Shown: positions 1 through 11,742 of the stretch, piece by piece
How positions within the stretch are numbered: position 1 is the stretch's first letter
Layout: each line of letters opens with the position of its first letter
NCBI GenBank assembly: GCA_050292275.1
Contig: JBNKLI010000067.1
Location: 18,718-82,717 of the forward strand
Origin: Candidatus Thiodiazotropha sp.
GTDB taxonomy: Bacteria > Pseudomonadota > Gammaproteobacteria > Chromatiales > Chromatiaceae
Direction: 5' to 3'
Length of the DNA stretch: 64,000 nt
Notes under the pieces: model-generated
Seen by the model: only the letters and a program-made list of their open reading frames with translations
What the model was told of the DNA's origin: nothing
Database searches by the model: none
Made by a program: the position numbers and the translations under genes

Positions 1-4
1 CAGG

Positions 5-1039
5 ATGCGGGAGGTGAGCCCCGACGAACCCCATGTGGTGCGCTTTCGCAATCCGCAAACGGGTATAGTCGCGGTGGACGACCTGATTCGGGGAAGGGTG
101 ACGTTCAACAACGAGGAGCTGGATGATCTGATCATCCGCCGTACCGACGGCTCTCCCACCTACAACCTGACGGTTGTCGTCGATGACCTCGATATGCAGA
201 TCACCCATGTCATCCGCGGTGATGATCATCTCAACAACACCCCCAGGCAGATCAATATCCTCAAGGCCCTGGGAGCGAATCCCCCACACTATGGCCATGT
301 GCCGATGATTCTCGGCGATGATGGCTCGAGATTGTCGAAGCGCCATGGCGCGGTGAGCGTGATGCAGTACCGCGAGGCCGGTTTCCTCCCGGAGGCGTTG
401 CTCAACTACCTGGTGCGCCTGGGCTGGTCCCATGGGGACCAGGAGATCTTCACCCTGGACGAGATGATCGAACTGTTCGATATCGATGCGGTGAACAAGG
501 CCGCATCCAGTTTCAATACGGACAAGCTTCTGTGGTTGAATCAGCACTATATCAAGCAGGAGAGCCCGAAGCGTATCGCCCACCTGCTGAGTCCGCATAT
601 GGGAGATCTCGGTATCGATCCCACCCAGGGTCCCGACCTGGTGGATGTGGCCGAGGCCCATCGGGAGCGGGCCAATACCCTGGTCGAGATGGCCGAGATG
701 AGTGCCTTCTGTTACCGGGATTTCGAGGACTTTGAGGAGAAGGCGGCGAAGAAACACCTCCGATCCGTGGCGCGGGAACCCCTGCTGCGCATTCGCGAGG
801 CGCTGGCTGGCCTGGGTGAGTGGACACCGCAGACCCTGCACGGGGCGGTGGACCAGGTCTCCGCCGATCTGGATCTGAAGATGGGCAAGGTGGCGCAGCC
901 GCTGCGTGTCGCCCTGGTGGGCCGGGCCGCCTCTCCGGGGATCGATGTGACCCTGTTTCTGGTGGGAAAAGAGGCCAGCCTGCGGCGCATCGACAAGGCC
1001 CTTGCCTATATTGATCAACGTGAGGCCACAGCCGGCTGA
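5..1039 (+). CDS. gltX: Glutamate--tRNA ligase, 5' end lies upstream of the window
   Basis: [24 protein letters not shown] (KMSKS-like) and C-terminal anticodon domain ([14 protein letters not shown]); HIGH motif absent because the gene is truncated. Confidence 0.97.
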   Translation: MREVSPDEPHVVRFRNPQTGIVAVDDLIRGRVTFNNEELDDLIIRRTDGSPTYNLTVVVDDLDMQITHVIRGDDHLNNTPRQINILKALGANPPHYGHVPMILGDDGSRLSKRHGAVSVMQYREAGFLPEALLNYLVRLGWSHGDQEIFTLDEMIELFDIDAVNKAASSFNTDKLLWLNQHYIKQESPKRIAHLLSPHMGDLGIDPTQGPDLVDVAEAHRERANTLVEMAEMSAFCYRDFEDFEEKAAKKHLRSVAREPLLRIREALAGLGEWTPQTLHGAVDQVSADLDLKMGKVAQPLRVALVGRAASPGIDVTLFLVGKEASLRRIDKALAYIDQREATAG

Positions 1040-1077
1040 TCACCTGACAGACAACTATGTGTTGAGTAGCAGACACC

Positions 1078-2772
1078 ATGAGTAAATCGCAAAACAGCGC
1101 ACCGACCAATTTTATCCGCCAGATCATCGATCAGGATCTGCGTGCAGGAAAGCATGACGGGCGTGTACATACCAGGTTTCCCCCCGAACCCAACGGCTAT
1201 CTGCATATCGGGCATGCCAAGTCGATCGTGCTGAACTTCGGTGTGGCCGAGGATTACAACGGCCTGTGCAACCTGCGTTTCGACGATACCAATCCTCACA
1301 AGGAGAACATCGAGTTCGTCGACAGCATCCAGGCGGATGTACGCTGGCTCGGCTACGACTGGGATGACCGCCTGTTCTATGCGTCGGACTATTTTCAACA
1401 GCTCTACGATTTCGCGGTGGAGCTGATCCAGGCCGGCAAGGCCTATGTCTGCGATCTCGACGGCGAGCAGATGCGCACCTATCGTGGCACGCTCAAGGAA
1501 CCGGGCCGGGAGAGTCCCTATCGCTCCCGCAGCGTGGCTGAGAATCTGGATCTGTTCGAGCGCATGAAAGCGGGTGAATTCGAAGATGGTGCGCGGGTGC
1601 TGAGGGCCAGGATCGACATGGCGTCGCCGAATATGAACATGCGCGATCCGACTCTCTATCGCATCCGCCATGGGGTGATTCACCACCAGACCGGCGAGGC
1701 CTGGTGTATCTATCCTATGTACGACTATACCCATCCGGTCTCGGACGCCCTGGAAGGCATCACCCATTCGCTGTGTACCCTGGAGTTCGAGGATCACAGG
1801 CCGCTCTACGACTGGGTGCTGGACAACATCTCGATTGCCAACCACCCGCAGCAGATCGAATTCGCCAGGCTCAACCTGGAGTACACCGTAGTGAGCAAGC
1901 GCAAGCTCACCCAGCTGGTGGATGAGGGATTCGTGGAGGGTTGGGACGACCCGCGCATGCCGACCCTCGCCGGGATGCGCCGCCGTGGCTACACCGCAGC
2001 GGCGATTCGCGAATTCTGTCAGCGTATCGGCGTCACCAAGGCGGATGGCCTGGTCGAGATGGGTATGCTGGAGAACTGTATCCGCGAGGATCTCGATGCA
2101 AACGCGCCGCGGCGCATGGCGGTGATGCATCCGCTGAAGGTGGTGATCGAAAACTACCCCGAGGAGAAGAGTGAAACCCTGAAGGCACCCAATCATCCCA
2201 AGGATGAATCGAAGGGCGAGCGCGAGATCGAGTTCTGTCGCGAGGTCTATATCGATCAGGCCGATTTTCGTGAACAGGCGAACAAGAAGTACAAGCGCCT
2301 GGTGAGCGGCGGGGAGGTACGCCTGCGCAATGCCTATGTCATCAAATGTGAAGAGGTGGTGAAGAACAACCAGGGTGAAATCATTGAGCTGCGCTGTAGC
2401 TATGATCCTGAAACCCTCGGTAAAAACCCCGAAGGTCGCAAGGTCAGGGGGGTGATCCACTGGGTTTCGGCCAGGCATGGGGTCAAGGGGGAGGTGCGTC
2501 TCTACGACCGTCTTTTCAACAAGGCCGACCCGGACAGGGTCGAAGAGGGGGGGCGTTTTACCGACAATATCAACCCCGATTCCCTGCGCACCCTGACCGA
2601 CTGCTACTTCGAGCCGGCGCTGGCCTCGGCGGGCGTGGGAGAGCAGTACCAGTTCGAACGTGAGGGCTACTTCATGCGCGACAGCCGCGAAGCCGCCCGG
2701 GAGGAGCCGGTTTTCAACCGCATCATCACTCTGCGCGACTCCTGGGCCAAGATCGACACGCCCGGTGGGTAG
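1078..2772 (+). CDS. glnS: Glutamine--tRNA ligase
   Basis: [41 protein letters not shown] and YQFEREGYF motifs. Confidence 0.98.
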   Translation: MSKSQNSAPTNFIRQIIDQDLRAGKHDGRVHTRFPPEPNGYLHIGHAKSIVLNFGVAEDYNGLCNLRFDDTNPHKENIEFVDSIQADVRWLGYDWDDRLFYASDYFQQLYDFAVELIQAGKAYVCDLDGEQMRTYRGTLKEPGRESPYRSRSVAENLDLFERMKAGEFEDGARVLRARIDMASPNMNMRDPTLYRIRHGVIHHQTGEAWCIYPMYDYTHPVSDALEGITHSLCTLEFEDHRPLYDWVLDNISIANHPQQIEFARLNLEYTVVSKRKLTQLVDEGFVEGWDDPRMPTLAGMRRRGYTAAAIREFCQRIGVTKADGLVEMGMLENCIREDLDANAPRRMAVMHPLKVVIENYPEEKSETLKAPNHPKDESKGEREIEFCREVYIDQADFREQANKKYKRLVSGGEVRLRNAYVIKCEEVVKNNQGEIIELRCSYDPETLGKNPEGRKVRGVIHWVSARHGVKGEVRLYDRLFNKADPDRVEEGGRFTDNINPDSLRTLTDCYFEPALASAGVGEQYQFEREGYFMRDSREAAREEPVFNRIITLRDSWAKIDTPGG

Positions 2773-2817
2773 AAAAACATGTCGGATTCATGCCGCGAAT
2801 GGACGCAAATCTAAGCT

Positions 2818-2887
2818 GTAGGGTGCGGCTTGCCGCACCAATAACATGGGTTATTTCGATTGAACGGTGCGGCAAGCCGCACCCTAC
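2818..2887. repeat. REPIN-like doublet of GTAG-family REP (GTAGGGTGCGGCTTGCCGCACC), inverted pair with 26-nt spacer
   Basis: REP at 2818-2839 and its exact reverse complement at 2866-2887; each has GTAG followed by the GGTGCGGC-TT-GCCGCACC hairpin. Confidence 0.9.
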
Positions 2888-3045
2888 ATGTTTGTCCGAC
2901 TGATCAAGTCGGACGCCGGGATTGGCTAGTAGTATGGATATCTCGAGATTAACTCCATTTGTTGGCGGTAATCAGAATCCACGATTGGCTAGATTTTCTT
3001 ATTTGCTCAATAGGCCCTGAGCATTAGACAAACGGGAAAAAGCAG

Positions 3046-3081
3046 TGGACAAAACGACTATAATCCCCTAATATGCGCGGC
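3046..3081 (+). promoter_or_regulatory. sigma70 promoter of tRNA-Ala with GC-rich discriminator
   Basis: TGGACA (3046-3051), 17-nt spacer, TAATAT (3069-3074), then GCGCGGC, just upstream of the tRNA. Confidence 0.7.
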
Positions 3082-3086
3082 TTTCC

Positions 3087-3162
3087 GGGGCCATAGCTCA
3101 GCTGGGAGAGCGCAACACTGGCAGTGTTGAGGTCGGCGGTTCGATCCCGCCTGGCTCCACCA
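3087..3162 (+). tRNA. tRNA-Ala (GGC)
   Basis: GGGGCCATAGCTCAGCTGGGAGAGCG...; anticodon arm CAACA-CT-GGC-AG-TGTTG; T-loop GGTTCGATCC; ends TGGCTCCACCA; 76 nt. Confidence 0.98.
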
Positions 3163-3262
3163 ATTACTTGCGAAGCAGGCCTTGATTCATCAGACCTAGG
3201 GTATCCGCACCCTCTATGTCCATGAAGTCCCCTTCAACGCGATCACTTCACAGGCAGGCGAT

Positions 3263-3751
3263 ATGCTCTGGATCGACATACTGATCGTCGCAATCATCGC
3301 TCTCTCTGCCGTTATCAGTCTGATACGGGGCTTTGCACAGGAAGCCCTGTCCCTTGCTACCTGGATAGCAGCCTTTACCCTTGCCTGGTTTTTCTTTCGG
3401 CCATTGGCGGTGGAGCTCGAGCCCTGGATCGATGTTCAGTCCATACGTCTGGGCGTGGCTTATGGAATTATCCTGCTGCTGGTGCTGATCCTGGGCGCGG
3501 TGATCAACCATTTCATCAAGGTGCTGATCGATACCACGGGATTGAGTGGCACCGATCGTCTGATAGGGGTCTTCTTCGGTGCCGCGCGGGGCGCGCTGGT
3601 GGTGGCGATTCTCGTCCTGCTGGCGGGCCTGACCCCTTTTCCCAACGACAACTGGTGGCAGGCGTCGCTGCTGATTCCCTATTTTCAGGAAATGGCCCTC
3701 TGGCTGAAGAGCTATCTGCCAGAAGATATAGCTGCAAACTTCCACTACTGA
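3263..3751 (+). CDS. cvpA: CvpA family membrane protein (colicin V production protein)
   Basis: SLIRGFAQEALSL and GLSGTDRLIGVFFG motifs; canonical position upstream of purF. Confidence 0.95.
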   Translation: MLWIDILIVAIIALSAVISLIRGFAQEALSLATWIAAFTLAWFFFRPLAVELEPWIDVQSIRLGVAYGIILLLVLILGAVINHFIKVLIDTTGLSGTDRLIGVFFGAARGALVVAILVLLAGLTPFPNDNWWQASLLIPYFQEMALWLKSYLPEDIAANFHY

Positions 3752-3767
3752 TCCGGAGAACTGAAGC

Positions 3768-5282
3768 ATGTGCGGTATTGTGGGTATGGTAGGTAAGTCA
3801 CCCGTGAATCAGTCGCTCTACGATGCGCTCCTGGTGTTGCAACATCGCGGACAGGACGCGGCCGGCATCGTCACCTGCGAGAAGGGCAAGCTCTACCTGC
3901 GCAAGGCCAACGGTCTCGCCAGGGACGTCTTTCATACCCGCCATATGCTGCGCCTGAAGGGCAATATGGGAATCGGGCATGTTCGCTATCCCACAGCAGG
4001 CTGTTCCTCTTCCGCCGAGGCGCAACCTTTCTATGTCAATTCACCCTACGGCATCACTCTGGCACACAATGGAAACCTGACCAATACCGAGGAGCTGACC
4101 CACGACCTCTTCGTCGAGGATCTGCGCCATATCAATACGTCGTCGGATTCCGAGATACTGCTCAATGTGTTTGCTCACGAACTGCAGATGCAGAACAAAC
4201 TGCGGATCGCTCCGGAAGATATCTTCAAGGCGATAGCGGGAGTGCATCGCCGTTGCCGCGGGGCCTATGCGGCAGTCGCCATGATACCCGGGGTCGGCTT
4301 GATCGGATTTCGCGATCCCTATGCCATCCGTCCCATTGTTTACGGCAAACGGGAGACCGATCAGGGTACCGAATACATGATCGCCTCGGAGAGTGTCGCG
4401 CTGAATACTCTTGGCTTCGAGCGGGTGCGCGACCTGGAACCGGGGGAGGCGGTCTTCATCAGCAAAAAGGGACAGTTCCATTCGCAGATGTGCGCCGCAC
4501 CCACGGTCAAGTCACCCTGCATCTTCGAGTTCGTCTATTTTGCCCGCCCCGACTCGATCATCGACAATGTGTTCGTGCACAAGGCGCGATCCCGCATGGG
4601 CAAGAAACTGGCGAGAAAGATCCTGCGCGAGTGGCCGGACCACGATATTGATGTGGTGATACCGATTCCCGACACCAGCCGAAGCGCGGCATTGACCCTG
4701 GCCAACGAGTTGAAGGTACGATATACAGAAGGTTTTATAAAGAACCGATATATCGGCCGCACCTTCATCATGCCGGGACAGACCGTACGCAAGAAATCGG
4801 TCAGGCAGAAACTCAACGCCATCGATCTCGAATTCAAAGGCAAGAACGTCCTGCTGGTCGACGATTCCGTGGTCAGAGGCACCACTTCCAAGCAGATCGT
4901 ACAGATGGCGCGGGAGTCGGGAGCGAAGAAGGTGTACTTTGCTTCAGCAGCGCCCCCGGTCATCTACCCCAACGTCTACGGTATCGATATGCCGGCGGCC
5001 AGTGAACTGGTGGCACATAACAGAACGGTGGACGAGGTCAGGGACAACATCGGCGCTGATCGTATGATCTATCAGGACCTTGAAGATCTGATCGAGGCGG
5101 TGCAGAAGAAAGGCAAGACAGATATCGAGCGCTTCGACACCAGTGTGTTCAATGGCGATTATGTCACCGGTGATGTCAGCGAGACCTACCTTGAACAGCT
5201 GGAACTGCTACGCAACGACGGGGCCAAGGACACCAGCGAATCGGCCGATAGAAGCATCCTCGATCTGCACAACGACGCTTGA
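3768..5282 (+). CDS. purF: Amidophosphoribosyltransferase
   Basis: N-terminal [22 protein letters not shown] and PRPP loop [12 protein letters not shown]. Confidence 0.98.
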   Translation: MCGIVGMVGKSPVNQSLYDALLVLQHRGQDAAGIVTCEKGKLYLRKANGLARDVFHTRHMLRLKGNMGIGHVRYPTAGCSSSAEAQPFYVNSPYGITLAHNGNLTNTEELTHDLFVEDLRHINTSSDSEILLNVFAHELQMQNKLRIAPEDIFKAIAGVHRRCRGAYAAVAMIPGVGLIGFRDPYAIRPIVYGKRETDQGTEYMIASESVALNTLGFERVRDLEPGEAVFISKKGQFHSQMCAAPTVKSPCIFEFVYFARPDSIIDNVFVHKARSRMGKKLARKILREWPDHDIDVVIPIPDTSRSAALTLANELKVRYTEGFIKNRYIGRTFIMPGQTVRKKSVRQKLNAIDLEFKGKNVLLVDDSVVRGTTSKQIVQMARESGAKKVYFASAAPPVIYPNVYGIDMPAASELVAHNRTVDEVRDNIGADRMIYQDLEDLIEAVQKKGKTDIERFDTSVFNGDYVTGDVSETYLEQLELLRNDGAKDTSESADRSILDLHNDA

Positions 5283-5317
5283 TTACGATCCCCTCCCGAT
5301 TGTCCGATATTAAAGGC

Positions 5318-5406
5318 GTAGGGTGCGGCTTGCCGCACCGTTAACCTTCCGGATGCATCTGTCTTATCCGGGTGGATGGTTTTAGGTGCGGCAAGCCGCA
5401 CCCTAC
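5318..5406. repeat. REPIN-like doublet of the same GTAG REP, 45-nt spacer, between convergent genes
   Basis: REP at 5318-5339 and reverse complement at 5385-5406, identical to the 2818 copies. Confidence 0.9.
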
Positions 5407-5473
5407 ATTTGGAATTAATATTTACGTCTATTTGTGGTCTGTTTTACGACCCCGATGAAGAAGAAGTCAGCAA

Positions 5474-6358
5474 TCAGCAGTGATGGATCCGATCGTAGTA
5501 GCGTGCCCGGTAAAGAAGGCGCGCCGTCTCCCCATCGGTGAACCCGCTTCGGGTATGCAGTACATTGTTGCAGATCAGCCCCTGGCCAGCTTCCAGCTTT
5601 GCGTGAAAATGCCAGGGGGATGGACTGTGCAGCAGTGATTTGAGGTATTCGACCGCCTCCTTGAGCATGGGGTCCTGCAGCCACTCGATGCTGCGGCTCC
5701 TGTCGGTATAGCGCATATGCAGATGGCCATCCGGGTAGATGGCGAAAACCGGGCCGCTGCGCGCGGGCCTGATCTCTTCGCCATCGGCGATATTGGCCGG
5801 AATGGTCATCGCCTGGGGGTGCATCAGTGCGCGGATATAATCGGGATTGCGCTCCATCAGCTGAATAAAGAGGATTTCCTGATCCAACAGATCATTTTCA
5901 CCCCCTTGATCAGCGGGATTGACGCAGTGCAGAAGCAGTGCATGGATCTGTTGCCCGGGAAGGTTGTAATAGCCATCTGTATGCCAGGCGATAGCACGGT
6001 TGGAGTAGGGAATATAGCCATTACGTAGTGCATCGGACTGCACGGTCAGTGATGAGATGGCGTCGTTGTCAGCGCACATATTGTGATCCAGGTGACTGAG
6101 GCCGAACGCCAGGCCGAGATCGGCGATGATGCGCTTGTCCTCGTCATGCCCCGAGAGGCCTGCCCAGATCGCCATGTTGGTTTTTTGGCACGTGGAGAGA
6201 ATCTTGTCGTGCTCCGCCCTGGTGAGTTTGCGCGGGTCACGAATTTCGACAATCAGATCTTCCGGTTTCTGCGGATATTTGTCGAGTTTTGCATCCCGCC
6301 AGGCATCAAAAGCGTCTTGATTGGCAGGTAGGAAAGGAGACGGGTGAGTAAGAGTCAT
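5474..6358 (-). CDS. TauD/TfdA family Fe(II)/2-oxoglutarate dioxygenase
   Basis: HxD motif WHTDGYYN and distal NNVLHTR...RLLYRARY; start chosen at MTLTHP (ORF extends to 6409). Confidence 0.85.
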   Translation of the reverse strand: MTLTHPSPFLPANQDAFDAWRDAKLDKYPQKPEDLIVEIRDPRKLTRAEHDKILSTCQKTNMAIWAGLSGHDEDKRIIADLGLAFGLSHLDHNMCADNDAISSLTVQSDALRNGYIPYSNRAIAWHTDGYYNLPGQQIHALLLHCVNPADQGGENDLLDQEILFIQLMERNPDYIRALMHPQAMTIPANIADGEEIRPARSGPVFAIYPDGHLHMRYTDRSRSIEWLQDPMLKEAVEYLKSLLHSPSPWHFHAKLEAGQGLICNNVLHTRSGFTDGETARLLYRARYYDRIHHC

Positions 6359-6480
6359 ACCGGGAATTTTCGCAGATTTGGTTAATCGTTGGTATGATAG
6401 CCTTGTCAAGGGTTACTGGGAATCGATCGCAGAGTTTCCCGGTGCCGGCATCTGAATACAGGGATACTGAAGGTTTAACG

Positions 6481-6990
6481 ATGAGACAAACAACCATGCA
6501 AGCTATCAGGCAACGTCCGATGATGCCCAGGCCATTTACTTTACCATTGAAGCTGATACCCGCAAAAGCCCACGGCTTTATCCTGAGTTCCATTCTCAAC
6601 AGGCTGTTTCGCAGTGAACTGGCTGATGGGGAGCTGGATTTTCTCGAAGGGCGGGTGGTACAGATCAAGGTAAGCGATCTTGGCCTGGTTTACAATCTGA
6701 CGTTGAAAAATGGAGTAATTTCGGAAGCTGGGAGCAGAAGCAGGGAACTGGGCATATCCGGGTCTGTCTACGATTACCTGCTGCTGATCAGCGGCAAGGA
6801 GGATCCCGATACCCTGTTTTTCCAAAGACATCTGATCATGGATGGCGATACCGGGTTGGGTGTGCATTTGAAGAATATGCTGGCCGCCGTTGAAATCGAT
6901 AAATTGCCGCTACCGACGGATATTCGTCCCTATGTCGATCGATTTATACGGATCTATGAGAGTCTTCCCAATCTGAGCGCTCGTATATAG
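6481..6990 (+). CDS. ubiT: Ubiquinone anaerobic biosynthesis accessory factor UbiT (SCP2 domain)
   Basis: GELDFLEGR and EDPDTLFFQRHL.MDGDT.LG..LKN.L motifs; ubiUV 7 kb away; exact start uncertain (6481, 6496 or 6520). Confidence 0.88.
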   Translation: MRQTTMQAIRQRPMMPRPFTLPLKLIPAKAHGFILSSILNRLFRSELADGELDFLEGRVVQIKVSDLGLVYNLTLKNGVISEAGSRSRELGISGSVYDYLLLISGKEDPDTLFFQRHLIMDGDTGLGVHLKNMLAAVEIDKLPLPTDIRPYVDRFIRIYESLPNLSARI

Positions 6991-7005
6991 GCGTAAATTA
7001 TTATC

Positions 7006-7102
7006 AGTCCGTCAACGAACGCAAATTTTTTTGCTTTCAAGGCGTAGGGATGGCAATCCGTAACCTGCAAATGATATTGATATTTGTGTTCATTTGCGGA
7101 CT
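7006..7102. repeat. Imperfect inverted-repeat element, AGTCCGCAAATGAACGCAAAT family
   Basis: Arm 7006-7026 versus reverse complement of 7082-7102 (17/21 match); same motif recurs at 45154/45339 and partially near 2792. Confidence 0.7.
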
Positions 7103-7109
7103 CGGAAAA

Positions 7110-7925
7110 TCAATCGGTTTGAGTCTGATCCGGCTGGGGCAAGGGTCTAACAGGGCATGGGTGACCCTGAATTTTCGCAATCAATGCCTGTGTCTTGTCT
7201 GGTGAAGCACTGCACCAATAAGCCACATCTCCAGGATCTGGGTTGGGTGACAACAGATCTGCATCCGCCAACCTTCTGTGCAACTGGCAAGCCACCGCTT
7301 CCCCAGTATCGATTATGGTGATCGAGGGACCTGCCAATTTTTCTATGGTACTCGTTAGAAACGGGTAATGAGTGCAACCCAATACCAGGGTATCGACACC
7401 TTTTTCCAGGATCGGAAGAAGTGCCTGCTGGACTAGTGCGATGGTTCTCTCGTGCGCTGCGCCGTTATGTTCGATCGACTCTACCCATCCGTGACAGGGA
7501 GAATAGAATATATCGGCACCATTTGCATGCTGTGCCACCAGGTTCTGGAATTTTCCACTCGCCAGTGTACCCTCCGTGGCCAGAACACCAATCAGACCGT
7601 TTCGGCTTCGTGCCGTCGCCGGCTTGATACCGGGTTCCATGCCAACAATGGGAAACGAAAACTGTCGTCTCAAATGTGCAACTGCAACGGCGGTTGCGGT
7701 ATTGCATGCAATGACGACCGCTTTGACCTGTTGCTCAACAAGAAAGTTGACGATATATTCACTGCGTTCGAGAATGAAATGGGTTGTCTTGTTTCCGTAG
7801 GGGAGATGAGCTCTATCGGAAACGTAAATCAGGGTTTCACTCGGAAGTAGTTTGCGAATGTGGCGCAACACGGAGAGTCCGCCGATTCCCGAGTCAAATA
7901 TGCCGATAGCTTGTTCAGAAGGCAT
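7110..7925 (-). CDS. murI: Glutamate racemase
   Basis: [21 protein letters not shown] and LVLGCTHYP catalytic Cys motifs. Confidence 0.96.
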   Translation of the reverse strand: MPSEQAIGIFDSGIGGLSVLRHIRKLLPSETLIYVSDRAHLPYGNKTTHFILERSEYIVNFLVEQQVKAVVIACNTATAVAVAHLRRQFSFPIVGMEPGIKPATARSRNGLIGVLATEGTLASGKFQNLVAQHANGADIFYSPCHGWVESIEHNGAAHERTIALVQQALLPILEKGVDTLVLGCTHYPFLTSTIEKLAGPSITIIDTGEAVACQLHRRLADADLLSPNPDPGDVAYWCSASPDKTQALIAKIQGHPCPVRPLPQPDQTQTD

Positions 7926-10659
7926 TGTTTGTTTCTCTGGCTTGCAACAGCCGGCTGACTTCTGTTTTCACCGAATCAAACTCTACCATCAGTTGCTCAG
8001 TCTGTTTGGATATCGCGGCTTGTTCAAGTCTCTGTACTGTATAGTCCAATGCGGGTACGCCACATGAGGATGTCGAACCGCGTATCTTGTGCGTGATTTC
8101 CTTCAGATGCTCCCAGTTCTGTTCCTTTATATGTTTCTCTATCTCTTCGAGTTGCTGAGGTAGCTCACCGCACAACTGGTTGAACATTTCACGCGCCAGA
8201 GCCCGGTCCCCGCCGGTTATGTCGAGGATCTTCCTGCTGTCTATCACAAGGGGTTGGTTGTCACTGATTTGATTGTCAATATCATGGTTTTCCAACTGCA
8301 ACATGTCATGTGATTTTTGGCTATTTAATATGTTCCTGATAACAGACCACATCTGCGGTTCGTCGATTGGTTTGAGCAGGTATCCATCCATGCCGGATTC
8401 CTTGATCTGGTTGCGCGTCGCGGGTACCACATCTGCAGTCAGGGCGATTATAGGAGTGTGCTTGTTAGCGGCTGCTTCGTTATTCCGAATGACTTCAGCA
8501 GCTTTCGTGCCTTTCATCTTCGGCATGTGGATGTCCATTAGTATCAGATCGAAATCCTTGATCAATGTCTGTGAAATGGCACTTAAGCCATCGCTGGCCT
8601 CCGTTACGTTGGCCCCGTTATTCTGCATGAGTGTACTGATAAGTTTGAGGTTGATGTCGTTGTCGTCGACAACGAGTATATTGTATTTGTCCAGCATTGG
8701 TGTTGAGGAGTGTATATTCTGCTCAACGACAGATTTGGTACTGCTTTGGGTTCCGGAGACGATCCTGTCCAGAGTGTCGGAAAGTTTGCTTGTGCTGAAT
8801 GGCTTGGATAGATAAAAGTCATCACTGATAGACTGGAACTTCTCGATGATTACCCGCTCAGAAGCACTTAACAGAACAAGAAATGGTATGCTGCAGTTCA
8901 TGCGTAGCCTACGGATTTCACTCTCTGCGAAACCTGATTCTATTTCCCTGTTTTCAAATCCCATCACTACAAAATCGAAATGGCCGTCGGGCTGCAGTGG
9001 AAAGTCGCCTTTAACGGTTTTTATGCCAAACGACTCCAATGTATGCTTAATGGCAAGGAAAGAGAGTTTGTGGATGTCGGAAACAAAAGCGCGCTTACCG
9101 ATTAGAAATGGATTGTGGGACTGGGTCTGAGTCGTCGCCGGTTTTTTCAGTGGGATTGTGACAATGAAATTCGAACCCTTTCCGGGGCTGCTGATAAGCT
9201 CAATATCTCCATTCATCGTTTGTGCCAGCTTTTTGCAAATACTCAACCCCAAGCCCGTACCTCCGTAAACCCGGCTTGTGGATGATTCGGCCTGCTGAAA
9301 CGATTCAAAGAGAAACTGTTGGGCTTTACTGTCGATGCCGATTCCAGTATCGGTTACAGAAAACTTCAATATACAATTGTTTTCTGTTTCTTCGTCAGTC
9401 ATTACCCGGATGACGACATCACCCTGATGAGTAAACTTGATGGCGTTGTTGATAAGATTGACCAAAATCTGTCTTATGCGCGTTTCGTCCCCGATAAGTG
9501 TGTTCGGTACATCGGAATAGACAAGCAGTATCAGCTCAAGACCTTTGTCATGGGCGGAAGGAGAAAGTAACACAGTCGGCTCTTCGAAGCACTCATGGAC
9601 AAGGAATGGCGTGGTTTCGGGTTCGAGTTTCCCATACTCAAGCTTTGAATAATCGAGTATCTCGTTGATTATTTCCAAAAGGTTGCTTGCAGATTTGGAA
9701 ATAGTATTTACGAGATCCCGTTGCTGTCTCGAGAGGTCAGTTTTGAGTAACAAATTGGTAAATCCCAGCACGCCATTCATTGGTGTACGGATTTCATGAC
9801 TCATATTGGCGAGGAATTCAGACTTTGCCTTACTGGCGGACAATGCGCGCTTTTTGGCCAGATCGAGTTCGACGTTTTGAATTTCCAATGCTTCCATCGT
9901 TTCGGTGAGTTCTGATGTGGCCTGATCGATTTGTTGCTGCATGGTGTCATGAGAGCGTAGTATCTGGCTGGTCATGGCGTTGAAACCCTCTTCGAGGTTT
10001 CGGATTTCACCTTTGGATACTTCGGGAACGCGCGCAGTAAGCTCACCATCGCGCATACGTGAAACAGCCTTAATTAATCTGTCGATGGGTCTGGTGACAG
10101 AGCGGCTCAGAGCCAACGAAAAAAATGCTGTGCACAATAGACCTATCGCCAACATTATAATTGAATTACGAATTATGATTTTTCGATTCTCAAAGAGTCG
10201 GGTTTTGCTGAGCGATAGATTTACTTTGCCCATGCTTCGGTTGCTGGTTTCGCGGTTGGCGGTGCCTTGATCAGGGTAGTCGGTGATATTGATGTCTTCG
10301 ACTATATAGATGGCGGGAGCAGAAAATCCAGCAATATTTTCGGGCATTTCACTATATTGTTTAACCATCCTGGATAGTAGCGAACCAGATGCATCATACA
10401 CCTCGATAGCGTAGACGTCTGCCTGTAGGAATACGGGCCTGAGACTCATCTCCAAAATAGTCTTATCCCGGGTGAAAATACCATATACGCTGATTGACGC
10501 AGATTGATTGGCTATCGATTCTCCTCTTTCATTGAAGGCTTCGTTCAGTCTGTCGAGCTGGGTGCTGATCAAATATACAGTCAAAAGCAGGGCAAGAATG
10601 AAGGCGGGAAGCAAGCCTATCATCAATGCCTGAAAGCGTAAGGATTTTAGTTTAATCAT
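7915..10659 (-). CDS. barA: Hybrid sensor histidine kinase, BarA/GacS-like (2TM-HAMP-HisKA-HATPase-REC-HPt)
   Basis: [20 protein letters not shown]...[15 protein letters not shown] (BarA/GacS-typical), [31 protein letters not shown], HPt THKIRGS. Confidence 0.88.
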   Translation of the reverse strand: MIKLKSLRFQALMIGLLPAFILALLLTVYLISTQLDRLNEAFNERGESIANQSASISVYGIFTRDKTILEMSLRPVFLQADVYAIEVYDASGSLLSRMVKQYSEMPENIAGFSAPAIYIVEDINITDYPDQGTANRETSNRSMGKVNLSLSKTRLFENRKIIIRNSIIMLAIGLLCTAFFSLALSRSVTRPIDRLIKAVSRMRDGELTARVPEVSKGEIRNLEEGFNAMTSQILRSHDTMQQQIDQATSELTETMEALEIQNVELDLAKKRALSASKAKSEFLANMSHEIRTPMNGVLGFTNLLLKTDLSRQQRDLVNTISKSASNLLEIINEILDYSKLEYGKLEPETTPFLVHECFEEPTVLLSPSAHDKGLELILLVYSDVPNTLIGDETRIRQILVNLINNAIKFTHQGDVVIRVMTDEETENNCILKFSVTDTGIGIDSKAQQFLFESFQQAESSTSRVYGGTGLGLSICKKLAQTMNGDIELISSPGKGSNFIVTIPLKKPATTQTQSHNPFLIGKRAFVSDIHKLSFLAIKHTLESFGIKTVKGDFPLQPDGHFDFVVMGFENREIESGFAESEIRRLRMNCSIPFLVLLSASERVIIEKFQSISDDFYLSKPFSTSKLSDTLDRIVSGTQSSTKSVVEQNIHSSTPMLDKYNILVVDDNDINLKLISTLMQNNGANVTEASDGLSAISQTLIKDFDLILMDIHMPKMKGTKAAEVIRNNEAAANKHTPIIALTADVVPATRNQIKESGMDGYLLKPIDEPQMWSVIRNILNSQKSHDMLQLENHDIDNQISDNQPLVIDSRKILDITGGDRALAREMFNQLCGELPQQLEEIEKHIKEQNWEHLKEITHKIRGSTSSCGVPALDYTVQRLEQAAISKQTEQLMVEFDSVKTEVSRLLQARETNNAF

Positions 10660-11713
10660 GATCGCCTTCTGATATTCTGATCATTTTGCTTTTCAGCTCG
10701 GAACCCGATTTTGTGGGAAAGTCCAATGACCTTGCCACGTCAGAATTGAACATTACGGTGAAATATTTGGCCGACTGTTCTTTGTCTTCTATCTTGATTC
10801 CGGAAAAATGCTCTACGATGTTGTCTCTGACATGGTGGGCTATATCCTCCGGTGAGGAGTAGACGGCTGCCAGCGCGCCTGCCTTTACGTACGCGGATGA
10901 AAACCCAATCAATGGAATACGTTTTCTGTAAGCGGAAATCAGTATATTGGAGACAGTTGATTTGTTATGTATTCTTGTATCGGGTACTGCCAGCAGCACG
11001 TCAGTGCTGTCAAGCAGCCGGTTCAGAGAGGCGCCGATCTGCTTTGTGCTCTCGACCTCATCGAGGTGCAGCTTCAGGTCGAGTTCGGCCGCGGAGGACT
11101 TCAGCTCTTTTTCTGATATTTTGTCTGAACTGCTGATTACGGCACCGACATTTTTGAACCTGTCTGATAATGCTCTTATCAGCAGCATGCTTCTACGCAA
11201 AGGCTGGTCCAGATAGAAGTGGTACTGCATGGGGTTGAAATATTCATCGATAGAGTTGATGTCACTACTCTTGGTTACCAATGCGGAAAATATAGGAATG
11301 TCCTTAAAGTGCTTGTTCGCGAAGATAGCCGCTTTGATGCCAAGTGTAACGATGAGCATATGCTGATGATATATTTCACTCTTAAGCGATGAAATCTGGC
11401 TGATTTCAAAGTTAGTATCCTGGCAATCAAGTTGTCGATTCCTGCAAAGTTTTATGGTTGAGTTGGTGATTGTCGTGGCTACATCGAGATAGACATCCTG
11501 ATTGCCACTGAGAAGTATCAAAATGCTGTTGTTCTCCTTTGCGCATGAATTGCCGGTCAATGAGAGGATACTGAAAAAAAGAAGAACGGATATGAGTAGA
11601 TTGCCGAAACCTTGAATCAGCGTGCCAAAGGTGGAAATACCGATCATGTCAAAGAGAGACGAGATTCCATCCATGTTGATATCAACAGGAAATTTACTGT
11701 CTCGCAATGACAT
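10652..11713 (-). CDS. Periplasmic ABC-type substrate-binding-like protein
   Basis: N-terminal hydrophobic segment; YLDQPL and [10 protein letters not shown]...[28 protein letters not shown] motifs; start may be 11647. Confidence 0.8.
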   Translation of the reverse strand: MSLRDSKFPVDINMDGISSLFDMIGISTFGTLIQGFGNLLISVLLFFSILSLTGNSCAKENNSILILLSGNQDVYLDVATTITNSTIKLCRNRQLDCQDTNFEISQISSLKSEIYHQHMLIVTLGIKAAIFANKHFKDIPIFSALVTKSSDINSIDEYFNPMQYHFYLDQPLRRSMLLIRALSDRFKNVGAVISSSDKISEKELKSSAAELDLKLHLDEVESTKQIGASLNRLLDSTDVLLAVPDTRIHNKSTVSNILISAYRKRIPLIGFSSAYVKAGALAAVYSSPEDIAHHVRDNIVEHFSGIKIEDKEQSAKYFTVMFNSDVARSLDFPTKSGSELKSKMIRISEGDHD

Positions 11714-11742
11714 GGCAATAATTACTTTGCTGAAAGCAGGCC

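Noticed and set aside
1015-2478. Long antisense ORFs (also 46582-47997, 53709-54776, 42026-42991, 27335-28279, 40084-40968)
   Set aside because: Shadow frames opposite well-supported genes in GC-rich DNA; no recognisable motifs
3087-3162. tRNA as an integration site for a genomic island
   Set aside because: No integrase, and no duplicated tRNA 3' end was noticed in the window; housekeeping genes follow directly
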